A stretch of DNA of 63,745 bases, counting the filler, from Phoronis australis (lineage: Eukaryota > Animalia > Phoronida), in the NCBI GenBank assembly GCA_002633005.1. It is 7 parts of 7 records of this genome, joined end to end, with 100 filler letters (N's around TTAATTAATTAA, not from the genome) between each part and the next. Parts side by side here need not be neighbours in the genome. Positions count along the whole stretch, not along the records: positions 1 to 25,774 come from NMRA01000866.1; 6 more parts are not named here. The stretch is one strand, 5' to 3'. The first letter of the stretch is position 1, and every line of letters begins with the position of its first letter. A program made the translations under genes and the position numbers. Of the stretch, positions 1 to 13,900 are shown one piece after another. The notes beneath the pieces were generated by a model. The model had not been told where the DNA came from, ran no database searches, and saw nothing but the letters and a program-made list of their open reading frames with translations.

Positions 1-477
1 TGCGCCCTCTACAGGAGAAAACGTTTTTAGGCCAAAATTGAGGTGCGCATGCGCGATCGACGATATTTCCGCCATCTTTAATCGGAAGTAGACAATTTCC
101 GGTATGCTTGTAGCAAACTTCCGGTCCACTTACTGTGCCGATTCTTAGCCTTTTACGTAAAAAATTGTAGCCTCCAGAAGCATTTGAACCTTTAAATGAA
201 AACAAAATGGCCGCCACAGCCGCCATCTTGGATCCGATTTTGACGAAAAACAATAGGCTTCCAGTACTTCCGGAAGTACGTATTATGTGTAAATTTCGTG
301 ATGATCGGACGAAAATTGCGACCTGTATCGTGCGAACAAACAAAAAAAAAAAAAAAACAAAAAACAAACTTAGTGGAAGAGCAACATACTTGGCGAAATT
401 TATTTCGCCAAGTAAAAACAAACTTAGTGGAAGAGCAACATACTTGGCGAAATTTATTTCGCCAAGTTTCGCCAAGT
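1..477 (+). mobile_element. 3' part of a non-autonomous Helentron/HINE-like repeat with a duplicated terminal hairpin
   Basis: Perfect hairpin ACTTGGCGAAAT-TT-ATTTCGCCAAGT at 388-413, repeated at 442-467 (54-bp tandem duplication), after an A-run. AAAATGGCCGCC/CGCCATCTT motifs upstream. Family assignment is inferred from structure. Confidence 0.5.
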
Positions 478-3400
478 AATAATGGATCATGTGCCGAGCT
501 GTATGGGTGTTCAAGGGAATGCACAAAGCACATACTGTAAGATTGTTTACTGACATGTAATTCGTGTAATTCGTTATGCCAAAGTTTTAATCCCAGCAGG
601 AATGTGTTGGTAACTTGAAACTTAAAACTGATACTGTCAAATAATTAAAATCCTAGGAGAGCTTCAATCTATCACAGTTTTAGCTTCGTAAGTACATGTC
701 ACTTTCCAGTCAGTGGAAAGCGTAACTCCTGAACTTGGCCACCTGATTAAACTGCAAAGTTGTAACAATTCCCAGCAATGTGAAGGATAACTCCTCTAGG
801 ATGGGAACTAAAGACATGCAACACTGACATTCAATAGAGAGTGTGAATCAACTATGCCATGTGGTGTTTAATTCCTATGATTAACTTTATTGTAACTCAG
901 ACGTCGCTAAGGAATGGCAAGCAGAGATGAAGCTGTGATGGATTTGAGATAGACCACCACAGTATTGTAAATTGGGAATTGACAAATGTTCTCAAGAAGC
1001 AGGCTAAAAACAATTTCTTGAAAATTAATTGTGCAAACTAAACATCCACAGACAGGTCGACATTGGTGACCTGCCAAATTCCCATGTCGCAATTGTAGAA
1101 TTCAGGCTGCAGTTTACAGGTTCCACTAAGCAAATTGTTGCGAACTAAAAGCACCTGTGAGAAGAGTGTTTCAATTTCGCATTTGCTTCAGCTAACTTAA
1201 CCAGTTGTCAGGGAATTCTTTAAAATAACGGGACTGACATAAGTTGTCTCTATATTAGGCAATTAGACCATAGTGGGACACGGTCGTCGCGAGAGCGTAG
1301 CAACGCTGTTGCATTCTTTTTGAAGAGCTGCGTTACTTTGAAGTGTAAAGTCACAGCTAAATACAAAAGTAGCAGTGCCGCTGGTGGTCTAGAAGACCTG
1401 TGCAAAAATTTTCTTGATAAATTGAAGACGTTACTGTTGCCGAGTTTTAGGACTGTAGCTACATCATTATTCGCTTGTACGCGTTCATGGACTGGGCGCT
1501 TATTTCAGCAAAGTCTGAAAACGAGTGGGGGGGGCGCTTATAGGGGCATTGGCGGTTATTACGGCGAATACTGTATAAGAAGTCCTGGGCCAGATTTAAA
1601 AAGCCAGAATTACAGCCGAGACAGACGATTGGAATAGTGTTGGATAGTGGAACTTAATTCTTGTTGTTTTGTAGTGAAAATGAGTGGCATACACCCAGCA
1701 AGTGAAAGTAATATATAATTGTTTTTCTGAATTCAGAGAACAGAAATTGGGATATATAAAAACATGGAATTTTTCAGTGTTTGAATTTTTGCTCAAGGAG
1801 AACCTTGAAGGTACTTCTACGAAAAAGAACAGGCCATTATACAATCAAGCATTAGGTGACCACTATCTTATCACTGGCATGCCACTGGTACAACCCTACT
1901 GCCTCTGCTTGCTGTTGTTGACACACTAATCAGGTGACACCCAGTAACTCAAACTTCCACACCACAGCACAAGACTGACTCAACAACATGTTGGAGAACG
2001 CCCAGTCCAGCAAGGCGTTGTTGTTTGTCTGCCAGATGGAACACAGAACTCATTGTAACTGGGTCAGAAAACAAAGTGCACCACCTAGAATAGCAAACAT
2101 GACTGGCTGAAGGTTAAATGTGCAGATACTCTACAAGCACTCAAGCCATTTGTGTGTGGTAGTGTATGCAACTGAGTCACCAGCACAGCAAATTCAGTAT
2201 CAGGTTTCTAAATCCTTTCCATAGACTAGAGAATGGAACTTTTTAAAGAGCAATTCCCTACAAGGAAGAATTACATTCATCAATCCCTACAGAGAAGGTC
2301 AAAATTTTAGTAATTAACATACTTAATATATTCACAGCATCACCTATGGTCAGTCTACACCTGAGGGCATGTAAAACATGAGACCTGACATTCCACTGAT
2401 AACATCTATTTTCAAAAGAACCTGTGGTCATCATCACACTGTAAACAAAGGACAACTGGTGATACTGGTTGATTTTTGAGTTTTCCAATTTAGTGCTCTG
2501 GGTCATAACTCTGACGAATACCATACTTTCACACTACAGCAAAATTTGATAGATTCCTAAAACATCATTCTGCAGGCTCCATATGTAAATAGCAAGAGTC
2601 AACATGATGGGTTATTCAACACAACTATGCCATCCTAGGGCTGATAACTAATAAATAGTCAATTCCACTGGTAGTGTGGTGACAGGAAAGTAATCCTACT
2701 GATCAAACACACTACATTCAACACTTCCATGCTGATCAAACATGGGCACATTATTGGCATATATGTTGAAATTAATAACTCAGGTCAACACCCCAGATAG
2801 AAGGGTGGGGTGGGACTGCACTTTACACAGTAGGTGGCATGGGTCCACTATCCCATTTCTAACACTAGTGGTTTAAAATTATTTAAGCTACTGAATGTCA
2901 AGACTAGTAAATTCAATGGCTCTAAAAATAGTCAACCATGTGCTGACCATTTGTAAAGAATGTACAATTAGAGAACATTTTGATCAACTGTGAAGTAGAG
3001 TTTAAGTTACTAATCACCACTTTAATAACATGCATTTTGATTATTTGTTTTTTAAAATTAAGACTCGTCCTGAGCTTAAACAGATTTAATATCAGGCCAA
3101 TGTCACTCATTGTTCTGATACATGCCAAACTAATATTTGATAAAGGTAACTTCAACATTTTCCTATGAAAAAGTGTAAATCAGCGTGGTCAGTTGACAGC
3201 ATCAACTTACAAAGCATTCATATTTTGATCCAAGACACAAGTGCTGTCTTGCAGTGTGAAAGCAGACATTAAATTTAGGAATAAGACTTAGGAATATGTG
3301 GAGCTAATAAATTTATCAGATACTGTATTAATTATGCTTTTTACTCAGCTTTTGAACTTGTGTCTTCACTTCAACCTTAAAGAGATAACACTAAATACAA

Positions 3401-4363
3401 TTGCATCATGGTGAACACAAGTGCAATTATGAATTTCTTCATCCATGATGACATTTTTTGAATTTCTGAGAACATGCAGTAGAGAGAGGACTTTCAGATG
3501 ACACCAGAAATTTTTAGTTTCAGGGGTGACCTCACGGAATAGCTCACATGTAGACAAGAACAAGGACAGAGAACAGCAAAGACTTGTAATTACCTTTTTG
3601 ATGTTTTTTACAATCATTCAAGTGTCGCATTAAAACGGTACTTACCGACTTCGGCATCTTGCTGTGCGCTGAGGATCTTTAGTACTGTTACAAACTGAAG
3701 GTGCCCTGTCTGTAATGTGAATGAAACACTGTCTAAGACAAAATACAAATAAATATCAACTTTCAAACTAGTAATGAACTGGTTGGCAATTAACCGACAA
3801 GTTCCAGATTCAGAAGCAAGGAGTGTACCATGGGAAACAGGCACATAATAGTTTTCTTCACAGCTTAATGCATAACATGCTACAATATGCACATTATCAT
3901 CTCTTTTAGATTTAAAGTCACCAAAGCTGCTGGACAAGGCTTTCGTGCACGTGAAAAAAAAGCAACATAATCAACAACCATGACTGAAAATGATCACAAT
4001 GTTGAACATGGAAAAAACTACTTCTGTTGAGAAACTGAAACCACTGGATGACCCTTCAGTTTCAAAGGTCAGTAAACTGGGTTAACCTTGTACAATACAC
4101 TAAGTTTTTGTCACTGTTGCTCACACATGAAGCAAAAAGCCACTTCTTCAGTGACACTGTACTCTGGTGGAGGAATTAGCAGTGTTCTCAAACTTTCAAA
4201 ACATAACTTTTGAATTACGTGCTTGGAGTATTCCATCATGGTCAAAATAAGAAAAAATAACATAAACCACAAGAAGAAGAGATACCTGAGTTAGTCATGA
4301 CAAAAGAGGAGAGAATGAATGGCAAACTAGTAAGATGCTCCAAGACAAAACATAGCTTTACGA

Positions 4364-5401
4364 CAGCACTTGGTCGCCAATGCAACCTCAGATTACATAT
4401 GGCAACCTGGTAAAAATTTCAAGTTACCATGAGGTCGTCATTGCGAGTATCTAAGTCAGACAATTCCCTCTCAATTCGTTCAAAGCTTCGTGCTGACTTC
4501 CAACCTTTAACTTACTAACAGCTTCTCTAGATTCACAATTGTTTTGTTAATTTCGTGAAATCAGCCCACCATGTTTAAACTACAACAGGATAAACAGACA
4601 TGAGTCATTATTATGTCAGGCAAAAATCGGGCATGATCGGCGAAATCTGCGCCACCAGCCCATCCCAGAGCTTGGAATGACCAATGACAAAAAAGCGGAA
4701 ATTTTTACAGCCCAAAACATGCACGCACCCAGCCTTGAAATAGTCAAATAGTCGATGTGGACCTTTTGCCGACAAAAATCGGGAGGACCAAAAAAAAACG
4801 GTACCACCTCCAGAAGCGTGCGTCTGCATCTTTTTAGCTCGTCGGTCCACTCCCACCTCCACACATTTTTGGCTGCAGTCGTAGTATTTGTCACCACAGT
4901 TTACAATCACACAAGACGCCATTGAAGAAATCCACCACGCTATCCCGGATGCCCCGGCAATGTTGACAATTTACGTTCCTCCGAAACATAAAGAGCAACT
5001 TCCGCTTTTCGAGGTGAAAGTCGTCGGCAACGCCACGGTAAGAAAGAAATTTGCCGCAGAGATGTTACATCAAATCAGATTTTTTTAACGCCGAAATATG
5101 AGAAAATACACGGACAGAACATTTGAAAAAAGCGGAAATCCGCGTTTCTGCGGAAAATTCCAAGCCTTGCCATCCAGCCGTGGGCGGGAAGATTAACTAG
5201 GGGAAAGAATGAACGTACACCGATTTACACGGAAAATTACACGGAGGATGGGTGCTACAGCCATACGAATGTCAACGAATGTTTACACATTTGCTGACGT
5301 ACTAGTTTATCAGTTTTGGCCACCTCCGATTTCATTTGATGACTTGGTATTTTACCAGGTCGCCTAATACAACTTGGCATTCACCTATGCGTCAAGCGCT
5401 G
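4364..5401. mobile_element. hAT-like non-autonomous DNA transposon (second copy at 6809-7846)
   Basis: Termini CAGCACTTG / CAAGCGCTG, subterminal inverted similarity (ggcaacctggtaaaa / ttttaccaggtcgcc), flanked by CTTTACGA and CTTTAAGA (7/8 match, 8-bp TSD). Confidence 0.65.
4666..5169. mobile_element. MITE nested in the hAT-like element (second copy at 7111-7614)
   Basis: Imperfect TIRs CAGAGCTTGGAAT / ATTCCAAGCCTTG, GCGGAAA subterminal repeats, flanked by direct repeat CCATCC. Confidence 0.6.
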
Positions 5402-8400
5402 CTTTAAGATAAAAGATTTGAAAAGATGATGGTTTCAAAACAAATCAACAGCTGTAGACATTTCAAGTGTAAAAGGGAGACACAGTACTCTAATCTAACC
5501 CGTTTTCACAAAAATTTACTTCCATGCCAAAGCATTCGGGGTCGACTACCTTCAGAAATTATTAAACATTTTGAATATTTCTCCGAATAAAAAGAGATGA
5601 GACATTTCAAGAAATCACTAATCACATTGCTGTACTCCCTGATGCCTTTACCTAAATACAGACCTGGTAAAAGTCATTTTTCAAAGGCAATTACTTGGTT
5701 TTACCACCCCACAGCTCATTGTTGAGTTCCCAACTGAGCCACCTTGAGGGATAANATCAGATACTGTATTAATTATGCTTTTTACTCAGCTTTTGAACTT
5801 GTGTCTTCACTTCAACTTTAAAGAGAAAACACTAAATACAATTGCATCATGGTGAACACAAGTGCAATTATGAATTTCTTCATCCATGATGACATTTTTT
5901 GAATTTCTGAGAACATGCAGTAGAGAGAGGACTTTCAGATGACACCAGAAATTTTTAGTTTCAGGGGTGACCTCACGTAATAGCTCACATGTAGACAAGA
6001 ACAAGGACAGAGAACAGCAAAGACTTGTAATTACCTTTTTGATGTTTTTCACAATCATTCAAGTGTCGCATTAAAACGGTACTTACCGACTTCGGCATCT
6101 TGCTGTGCGCTGAGGATCTTTAGTACTGTTACAAACTGAAGGTGCCCTGTCTGTAATGTGAATGAAAGAGTGTCTAAGACAAAATACAAATAAATATCAA
6201 CTTTCAAACTAGTAATGAACTGGTTGGCAATTAACCGACAAGTTCCAGATTCAGAAGCAAGGAGTGTACCATGGGAAACAGGCACATAATAGTTTTGTTC
6301 ACAGCTTAATGCATAACATGCTACAATATGCACATTATAATCTCTTTTAGATTAAAAGTCACCAAAGCTGCTGGACAAGGCTTTCGTGCACGTGAAAAGA
6401 AAGCAACATAATCAACAACCATGACTGAAAATGATCACAATGTTGAACATGGAAAAAACTACTTCTTTTGAGAAACTGAAACCACTGGATGACCCTTCAG
6501 TTTCAAAGGTCAGTAAACTGGGTTAACCTTGTACAATACACTATTTAAGTTTTTGTCACTGTTGCTCACACATGAAGCAAAAGGCCACTTCTTCAGTGAC
6601 ACTGTACTCTGGTGGAGGAATTAGCAGTGTTCTCAAACTTTCAAAACATAACTTTTGAATTACGTGCTTGGAGTATTCCATCATGGTCAAAATAAGAAAA
6701 AATAACATAAACCACAAGAAGAAGAGATACCTGAGTTAGTCATGACAAAAGAGGAGAGAATGAATGGCAAACTACTAAGATGCTCCAAGACAAAACATAG
6801 CTTTACGACAGCACTTGGTCGCCAATGCAACCTCAGATTACATATGGCAACCTGGTAAAAATTTCAAGTTACCATGAGGTCGTCATTGCGAGTATCTAAG
6901 TCAGACAATTCCCTCTCAATTCGTTCAAAGCTTCGTGCTGACTTCCAACCTTTAACTTACTAACAGCTTCTCTAGATTCACAATTGTTTTGTTAATTTCG
7001 TGAAATCAGCCCACCATGTTTAAACTACAACAGGATAAACAGACATGAGTCATTATTATGTCAGGCAAAAATCGGGCATGATCGGCGAAATCTGCGCCAC
7101 CAGCCCATCCCAGAGCTTGGAATGACCAATGACAAAAAAGCGGAAATTTTTACAGCCCAAAACATGCACGCACCCAGCCTTGAAATAGTCAAATAGTCGA
7201 TGTGGACCTTTTGCCGACAAAAATCGGGAGGACCAAAAAAAAACGGTACCACCTCCAGAAGCGTGCGTCTGCATCTTTTTAGCTCGTCGGTCCACTCCCA
7301 CCTCCACACATTTTTGGCTGCAGTCGTAGTATTTGTCACCACAGTTTACAATCACACAAGACGCCATTGAAGAAATCCACCACGCTATCCCGGATGCCCC
7401 GGCAATGTTGACAATTTACGTTCCTCCGAAACATAAAGAGCAACTTCCGCTTTTCGAGGTGAAAGTCGTCGGCAACGCCACGGTAAGAAAGAAATTTGCC
7501 GCAGAGATGTTACATCAAATCAGATTTTTTTAACGCCGAAATATGAGAAAATACACGGACAGAACATTTGAAAAAAGCGGAAATCCGCGTTTCTGCGGAA
7601 AATTCCAAGCCTTGCCATCCAGCCGTGGGCGGGAAGATTAACTAGGGGAAAGAATGAACGTACACCGATTTACACGGAAAATTACACGGAGGATGGGTGC
7701 TACAGCCATACGAATGTCAACGAATGTTTACACATTTGCTGACGTACTAGTTTATCAGTTTTGGCCACCTCCGATTTCATTTGATGACTTGGTATTTTAC
7801 CAGGTCGCCTAATACAACTTGGCATTCACCTATGCGTCAAGCGCTGCTTTAAGATAAAAGATTTGAAAAGATGATGGTTTCAAAACAAATCAACAGCTGT
7901 AGACATTTCAAGTGTAAAAGGGAGACACAGTACTCTAATCTAACCCGTTTTCACAAAAATTTACTTCCATGCCAAAGCATTCGGGGTCGACTACCTTCAG
8001 AAATTATTAAACATTTTGAATATTTCTCCGAATAAAAAGAGATGAGACATTTCAAGAAATCACTAATCACATTGCTGTACTCCCTGATGCCTTTACCTAA
8101 ATACAGACCTGGTAAAAGTCATTTTTCAAAGGCAATTACTTGGTTTTACCACCCCACAGCTCATTGTTGAGTTCCCAACTGAGCCACCTTGAGGGATAAT
8201 AAGAACAGGAATGTCAATTGATATTAAAACACAGGGTCTCACCAGTCAAGTGTCATGAAACTAATCATCAATTTAATGACACTCGATACATGAAACAACT
8301 CTGCCGTGTTTAACAATACACTGAAGTAGCACGAGTGCCTTCAATCACCAATCTGGAAGTTCCTCAAATCAATAACAAAGTGAGTAGCATATCTAATCAA

Positions 8401-10003
8401 TGGGCAGATCAAATCAATTAGGGTCCAAAATCACTGCAACAAAGTGGTAAGTTCACAACAATAAGAAAAGAAGCATAAAAACAGCTCAGATACAAAGTTC
8501 ACTTAGTGCTAGACAGAAGTGCCTCTCTTGCAGGGTCCACTTTAACCTCAGTAACTTTGACTTTTACAGCAAAATCACCCTTTAACATAAGTTTGAGTTT
8601 GAGTTAATACATGCACTCTCCGCAAAGTAACGATAATTAATCAAATGAATGGCCAAGTGACAATACCAAAACTGAATGATACACAACACTATCAACAACT
8701 GGCTACTTTCAACTGCGTGTACCTGGAGATATGGCTTTACATCCCCTGCCACATGCAGTGTAAAGACGGCCAGATGCCGCTTTGGGAAACTGAGCGATGG
8801 ACAGCTCAAAAAAAGTTTGATTACGAGAGTCTTGTTCAAGTTGGAATTAATTAAAGAAATCAACAACCTCCTAAGGTGTCCCTCTATGCGCGATAGGTAC
8901 TGATAGAACAAAGACTAAGTAGAGACGATGGCATTTTCTAAGTCAGATTAAGCAGGAGAATTCCGATCCCAGCTGATGTAAAAAGTTAAATTACATTGCT
9001 GAGCTCAACCTAATCAAACGAGGGACTGACAGCAGGACTTATTCCACTTTTCCTAACCGAATATTTGTCCATCTAATCTGAATGTTGTCTTTGTTCTTTT
9101 CCTTTGAAGCTCTGTAATTCATTGTTTTCATCAAAACATGAGGTTGATACTCCTGATCCATATGCTAACAACGCACTTAAACAGCAATATCTCTGTAGAA
9201 AACGATCCAAATTGCATATAATACATACCATCATGTTGGTCTCAATGAGACAATTTTTTTTTTATTGTGCAGCACATGTATCTTCTTTAATTTTTTAAGA
9301 AATTATGTAGAAAGGCAGATATTTTACGAATAATAATCGCGCAATTTTCTCGGTAACCGCCCAGCTTTTATAATTTTTGCACCATTTCATTTCTCACACC
9401 AAGGGCTTTTCAAAAATGTATGACACATTGGCATTGAAAAAAAATTAAAAAACGTTGTCCTCCCGACATAAGTCGGTCCACCGTCCAGTGAAGAGAAGAA
9501 CAAAACTGAACTGGAATGACCTGCAACATCAGTTCAGTAACTGAGAGCTTTTCAGGTTGGAAGAAACACTATCCATAAGCTCATTAACCACCCGGAATTC
9601 AAAAGTAAGCATGACATGACTGCTATTCATTCAATCAGAACAGTTTTCATTCGGTAGGCAAATAAAAAGAGAACTGTGTCTGCAATATGGCTTTCATTTG
9701 CCTTTGACATGTTTACCAGAACACAAAATGGACAAGGAAGAGTTCCAGGCCATTCTTTGGCTTAAATCGAGAAACTTCCAGTGACCAAGTTAACACCTGA
9801 GGATCGTCTGCCCCAGGTGTGGCACTTATACAGTTTGTAAAATGGCGCTCGCCTTCCGGGACGACATGAAGTTCATAAAACACTGAATTTGCTTATTGTC
9901 ACAAATTGAAACTTATGCAGAAGTAGAAAAATGTGTCCAGAAATAATGTGGTCGACAGCAGATGAATATGGCCAAGTATATCTCAACTTTACAAGACATT
10001 TAC

Positions 10004-10090
10004 CTGTTGTTGATCTCCAGAGCTGTTACCGGAAAACCAATATGGCGAACCTCGAGAAGGGTGGGGTTTGTACACCAATACACGTGACCC
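10004..10090 (-). promoter_or_regulatory. Probable housekeeping-type promoter and first exon of a minus-strand transcript
   Basis: Clustered CCGGAA (ETS-like), AATATGGCG (YY1-like) and CACGTGAC (E-box) motifs next to a minus-strand donor CAG|GTAAAT at 10004/10003. Confidence 0.35.
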
Positions 10091-11172
10091 CTCTCGGTAT
10101 CAATGCAAATCGGACTCGTTCTGAGCTTTGAATGACACTTAAAAGCGCCAAATTTGATTTGCGACTAGTTCTATTGTGATGATTCAACTATGTTCAGACG
10201 AGAGGCGCGAAAACGAGAACTGAGTACGTATTGAACGGCCGAAGCCTTTTCGAAATCGACATTATGACAAGAAAAGAAATTTTTAACGAGAAAAAGCGTT
10301 GAGGCAGCCACCACACTGCCGCTCCGGCTGTTGACCTTGTTCGCCTGAATGACCTCAGCCGTGTCAGTACGGCAAGCGCCGCGACCTGGGGACCCACATG
10401 CAGTGCTCGGCCGGGTATATGCAATCCGAACTCATACTTCAACAATTGAATATAGGGATACACCAAACAATTTGTTTAAATCGTTACCCAATAGAAAATA
10501 GCATACAACAAACAATTTATCTATATCAGTTACCATAGGACGACTAGAGTTCTTTGCTGTGACTGAAAAACCGTGAAAACTGCCTGGTTGAGCATGACTG
10601 CATTCAGTTTAGTTGTCGGGGTACTAAACGCTAATGAAATTTGAAAAAAAAAGTTGGTTCTGGACCCAAGATATGCTCCTGCGAAATACAACAGATTCAA
10701 GACATGTCGCCAAAATAACTAAAACTAACAGAGGAAATATTGAAAAGTAAAAAAATCCACAGCTTTTTGACCGGAATCGAAAGCCGAACCGCTAGGCGGC
10801 CGGCCCTATACTATAGTTGGGAGTACAAAAAAGGCGCAGTGCCAATTCCATGTGTTTTTGTAGCGGTAAAATTATTAGCCTATTCTTCCCAAAGAATTCA
10901 GTACATTGATATACTCGCACAAAGTTTGCTGGGTCATCAGTGATCGAGGTGTGAGCTTTTTTGAGGATCGAATTTTCTTGGCAGTACGGGCCGTGTTTCT
11001 GGCATCACTGAGGCCTACACCCCGGGTGTTAGGGTCTGATATTGACCATCACTGAAGGCTTCACGAGGCGCAGTTAGGTTAAGGTTGTACTAGTCCTTTT
11101 TAACATTATATTTCTGTTTTCAATTTATGCTGTGTTGAAGGTATCACATTTATTAAAAAAAGAACTCATACC

Positions 11173-11533
11173 CATAGACGGATCCATGGAATTAAGATGA
11201 TGGGGCCCCGACCTCAATTTCCGAAGGATAAACCTTCCTATAATAGCCTTGCAAGGGGCGTGACGTCAATTTTTGTAGGAAAAACCCTCGCGAGATCCCT
11301 GAAAACGAAAGGTCGGCGCCATTTTTTAATCGTGTGCAGAATGAGAGAGCCCTGGGCCCCCTCGGACCCCCCTATATCCATCTATGCAGCATACCGTCAC
11401 GGTAGTGATAGGCGGATCCAGGGGGTAAAAGGGTTCCGGATCCCTTTGTCCCTTGGTTTTACTTATGTAAAATCTAGAATTTTCGAATTGTTGATTTGAA
11501 CCCATTTAAAAAAAAAACCTGGATCCGACCCTG
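11173..11533. mobile_element. Two adjacent short GGCGGATCC-type MITEs (11173-11386 and about 11409-11533)
   Basis: TIR pairs CATAGACGGAT / ATCCATCTATG and GGCGGATCCAGG / CCTGGATCCGACC. Confidence 0.5.
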
Positions 11534-12339
11534 CGTTTGGTTTCAAAACAGATTGTGCTGGTGAGTGTACAGATAAATAATATGGAACGAAATTTTATCA
11601 TTCCGGAATCAGTAGTAGGTATCAGAAATGGCTAAGGATTTCAGGAACTGAAAACGACATGTCAATGCCATTTTTATCATGTGCGAAAGGGAAGCCTAAA
11701 TCCACTTATGGAGTGCTTCCCCCGCCCATCTGAAAAAAGCCGGCACGCCACGTGCGGCCAGGGCGGAGTCGGTTGCGCGCTCAAGTTGGCGACGACGACC
11801 ATGCAGGAGGGGATGGCTGAGCGGTGACGATATGGAGGTGGCTTACTTTGGCACCACAGGGACAAAACGGGTAGGCAACGAGTGACGAATCTGCACTCGC
11901 CTCCCCAAAAATGTTTTCATTCCGGCCAGGGACCTGGCCAAGCGACAATTTCGTGGGGCCAATGAAAAACTGTTGCCCGAGAGAGGGGGAGGTTAAATGA
12001 GGTCGAAGCTGGAGGTGCACGTTTAAGCAAAATGGTCACCTACTGGCGATAAATGTGCCTGAGTAAAACTGGTGTCGATCTCGGGGCGAATGGGATGATG
12101 CCAGTCGACCAGAGGGTTTCTCTCACATTTGTCTCCCTCGACACATATTGTCTTTCCATTTACATGGGCAAAAGAGAAAAAAAAATGGACAAGGAAAAAA
12201 GTGAGCAAACAGGATCTTTCAAATAACAGTAACAACTAAATTTAAAAATTGGGGAAGATATTTTGTCGGCTTTGCCAAATTTGTCCTATCCATCATCGTG
12301 CGTTTTCGTAGTCCACTGAATTCTGTTATCATTTTTCCT

Positions 12340-13900
12340 CGCAGGTGATTTTTTGCGTGTTGTTCCGAGTAAAAATGAAAGAGGTAAAAAGAAGACGAAC
12401 GACAATCAAGTTGGAGATCCATCACCGTCGAAGCATTTCCTTCTACCGCTGTGGTGAACCAGAATTCACCATAACAAGAATAATATCTAAAAGTTCTTGG
12501 GAGAGTGGCCCTAAGTCAAAGTGGGATGCGCCATCTCCGGGTGGCGCGTCAAGCCTACGTGCAAGTGTAAGATGAACGTATCCTTACAGGAATTCAAAAA
12601 AGTCACATTCTGTGAATTGTGGATTTGAAAATCTTGTGACGTTTAACTTAAAACAACCGACAGTTTACACAAAATGGGGGCTATGTGCTTAAAAATGAGG
12701 AAGCTAAACCCTCGTTCACTCCATTGCTAACTTTGCACCACTGACATCGCACTTTATCAAGAGTCAACTAAAAACACGTACACACTGCATTATAGAATGT
12801 GTAGGTTTGTGAGTGATGTTTCCTTTCTGTTGTATAACTCGCCTATAGCCAGTGTCACGCTTACCAATTTTGCAAACTTTGGAAGCCAGAATTTTCAAAA
12901 TTTGCACGTTTAGATTGATATCTAAGCGGCCAGTGTAGGTGGAGGTAAAACGACTAATAAGTACAGGGATGAAGGTGAGTAGAACTTTTTGGCGAAACAG
13001 GTGGAGGCGCATTTAGAGTCGACCGGAGAGGTTGCGCACGCACCGTCCGCATAGTGAAAGGAAATCTTCCTACATTTATGTGAAGGAAAAAAAAACGTTT
13101 TGCAAAAGGACTTTTAACTTGTGTCGAGAACTTTTTAGGTGTAACCTTTACTAGAATCAAACAACGTGGCTGGTAATCAATTTTCAAGTTTGACTGGAAG
13201 AGTCCGAGTTCGGAGATTAGACTCTGGTCAATGGTCAGTTTTCTTTGAAAATGGATGCAACGATGTGGTATTTTTAGTTGAAAGCGCATTGAAAAGTAGC
13301 CTGGTACGTATCTGAAGTGGGGTAAAATTTTATTTTCTTTTTCCAACGTTCCAGTGACGCGGTTGACACTATAGCACACTTTTGCACCGTGAGCGATTTT
13401 TGTGCACGTTGTTTCGCGTAAGAATGAAAGCGATGTAGACGAAGATGAAAGAAACTCAAGCTTGCGATCCATTACAATCGGAGCCTTTCAGCCCACCAAT
13501 GTCATGAACCAGAATTCTCGTTAACAGGAAGAAAAATCGAAAATTTCTTAGGAGAGTGATCCCTGAACCAGCTCGAGATCCCCTGTTTCCCGTACTCTCC
13601 CAGTTGCATGTTAAGGACATTTTGTAGCAACACAACCTTTACGGAATTTCCAAAAATCAAATTGTTTTATTTGAGGATTTACCAAAATGTCTTGTAACTT
13701 TTAAGATAAAACAACCAGCAGTTAATAAAAAATGCGCACTATGTGTGCCTTACAAGTAAAGCATAGTGTAATCACGTATTGGTGATTTCTGAACCAATCC
13801 TCGCCCTGTTCTCTTCTAATGCCCCAAATGGCAACACACTTGACCGATAAATACGGGATTTAACTAAAAACACGTACTCACTGCGTGATAGAATGGATAT
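12340..13900. repeat. Old diverged direct duplication, period about 1.05-1.1 kb
   Basis: About 12345-12800 aligns by eye with about 13393-13900 (GAACCAGAATTC and AACTAAAAACACGTAC anchors in both). Confidence 0.6.

Larger units (their letters stand above)
3315..8199. repeat. Near-identical 2.44-kb tandem duplication (3315-5754 and 5756-8199) joined at a single N; probably an allelic contig overlap
   Basis: Copies differ only by scattered substitutions and a small indel in their first part; the junction base 5755 is N. Confidence 0.9.

Noticed and set aside
2349-2438. Box C/D snoRNA on the minus strand (GTGATGA...CTGA)
   Set aside because: No convincing terminal stem or recognisable rRNA-antisense guide; such boxes occur by chance.
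3315-8199. Functional segmental duplication
   Set aside because: A single-N junction and near identity fit an unmerged allelic overlap better; read depth would decide.
12954-13472. 172-aa ORF
   Set aside because: It lies in a diverged duplicated repeat whose other copy does not keep the frame, and no domain is recognised.
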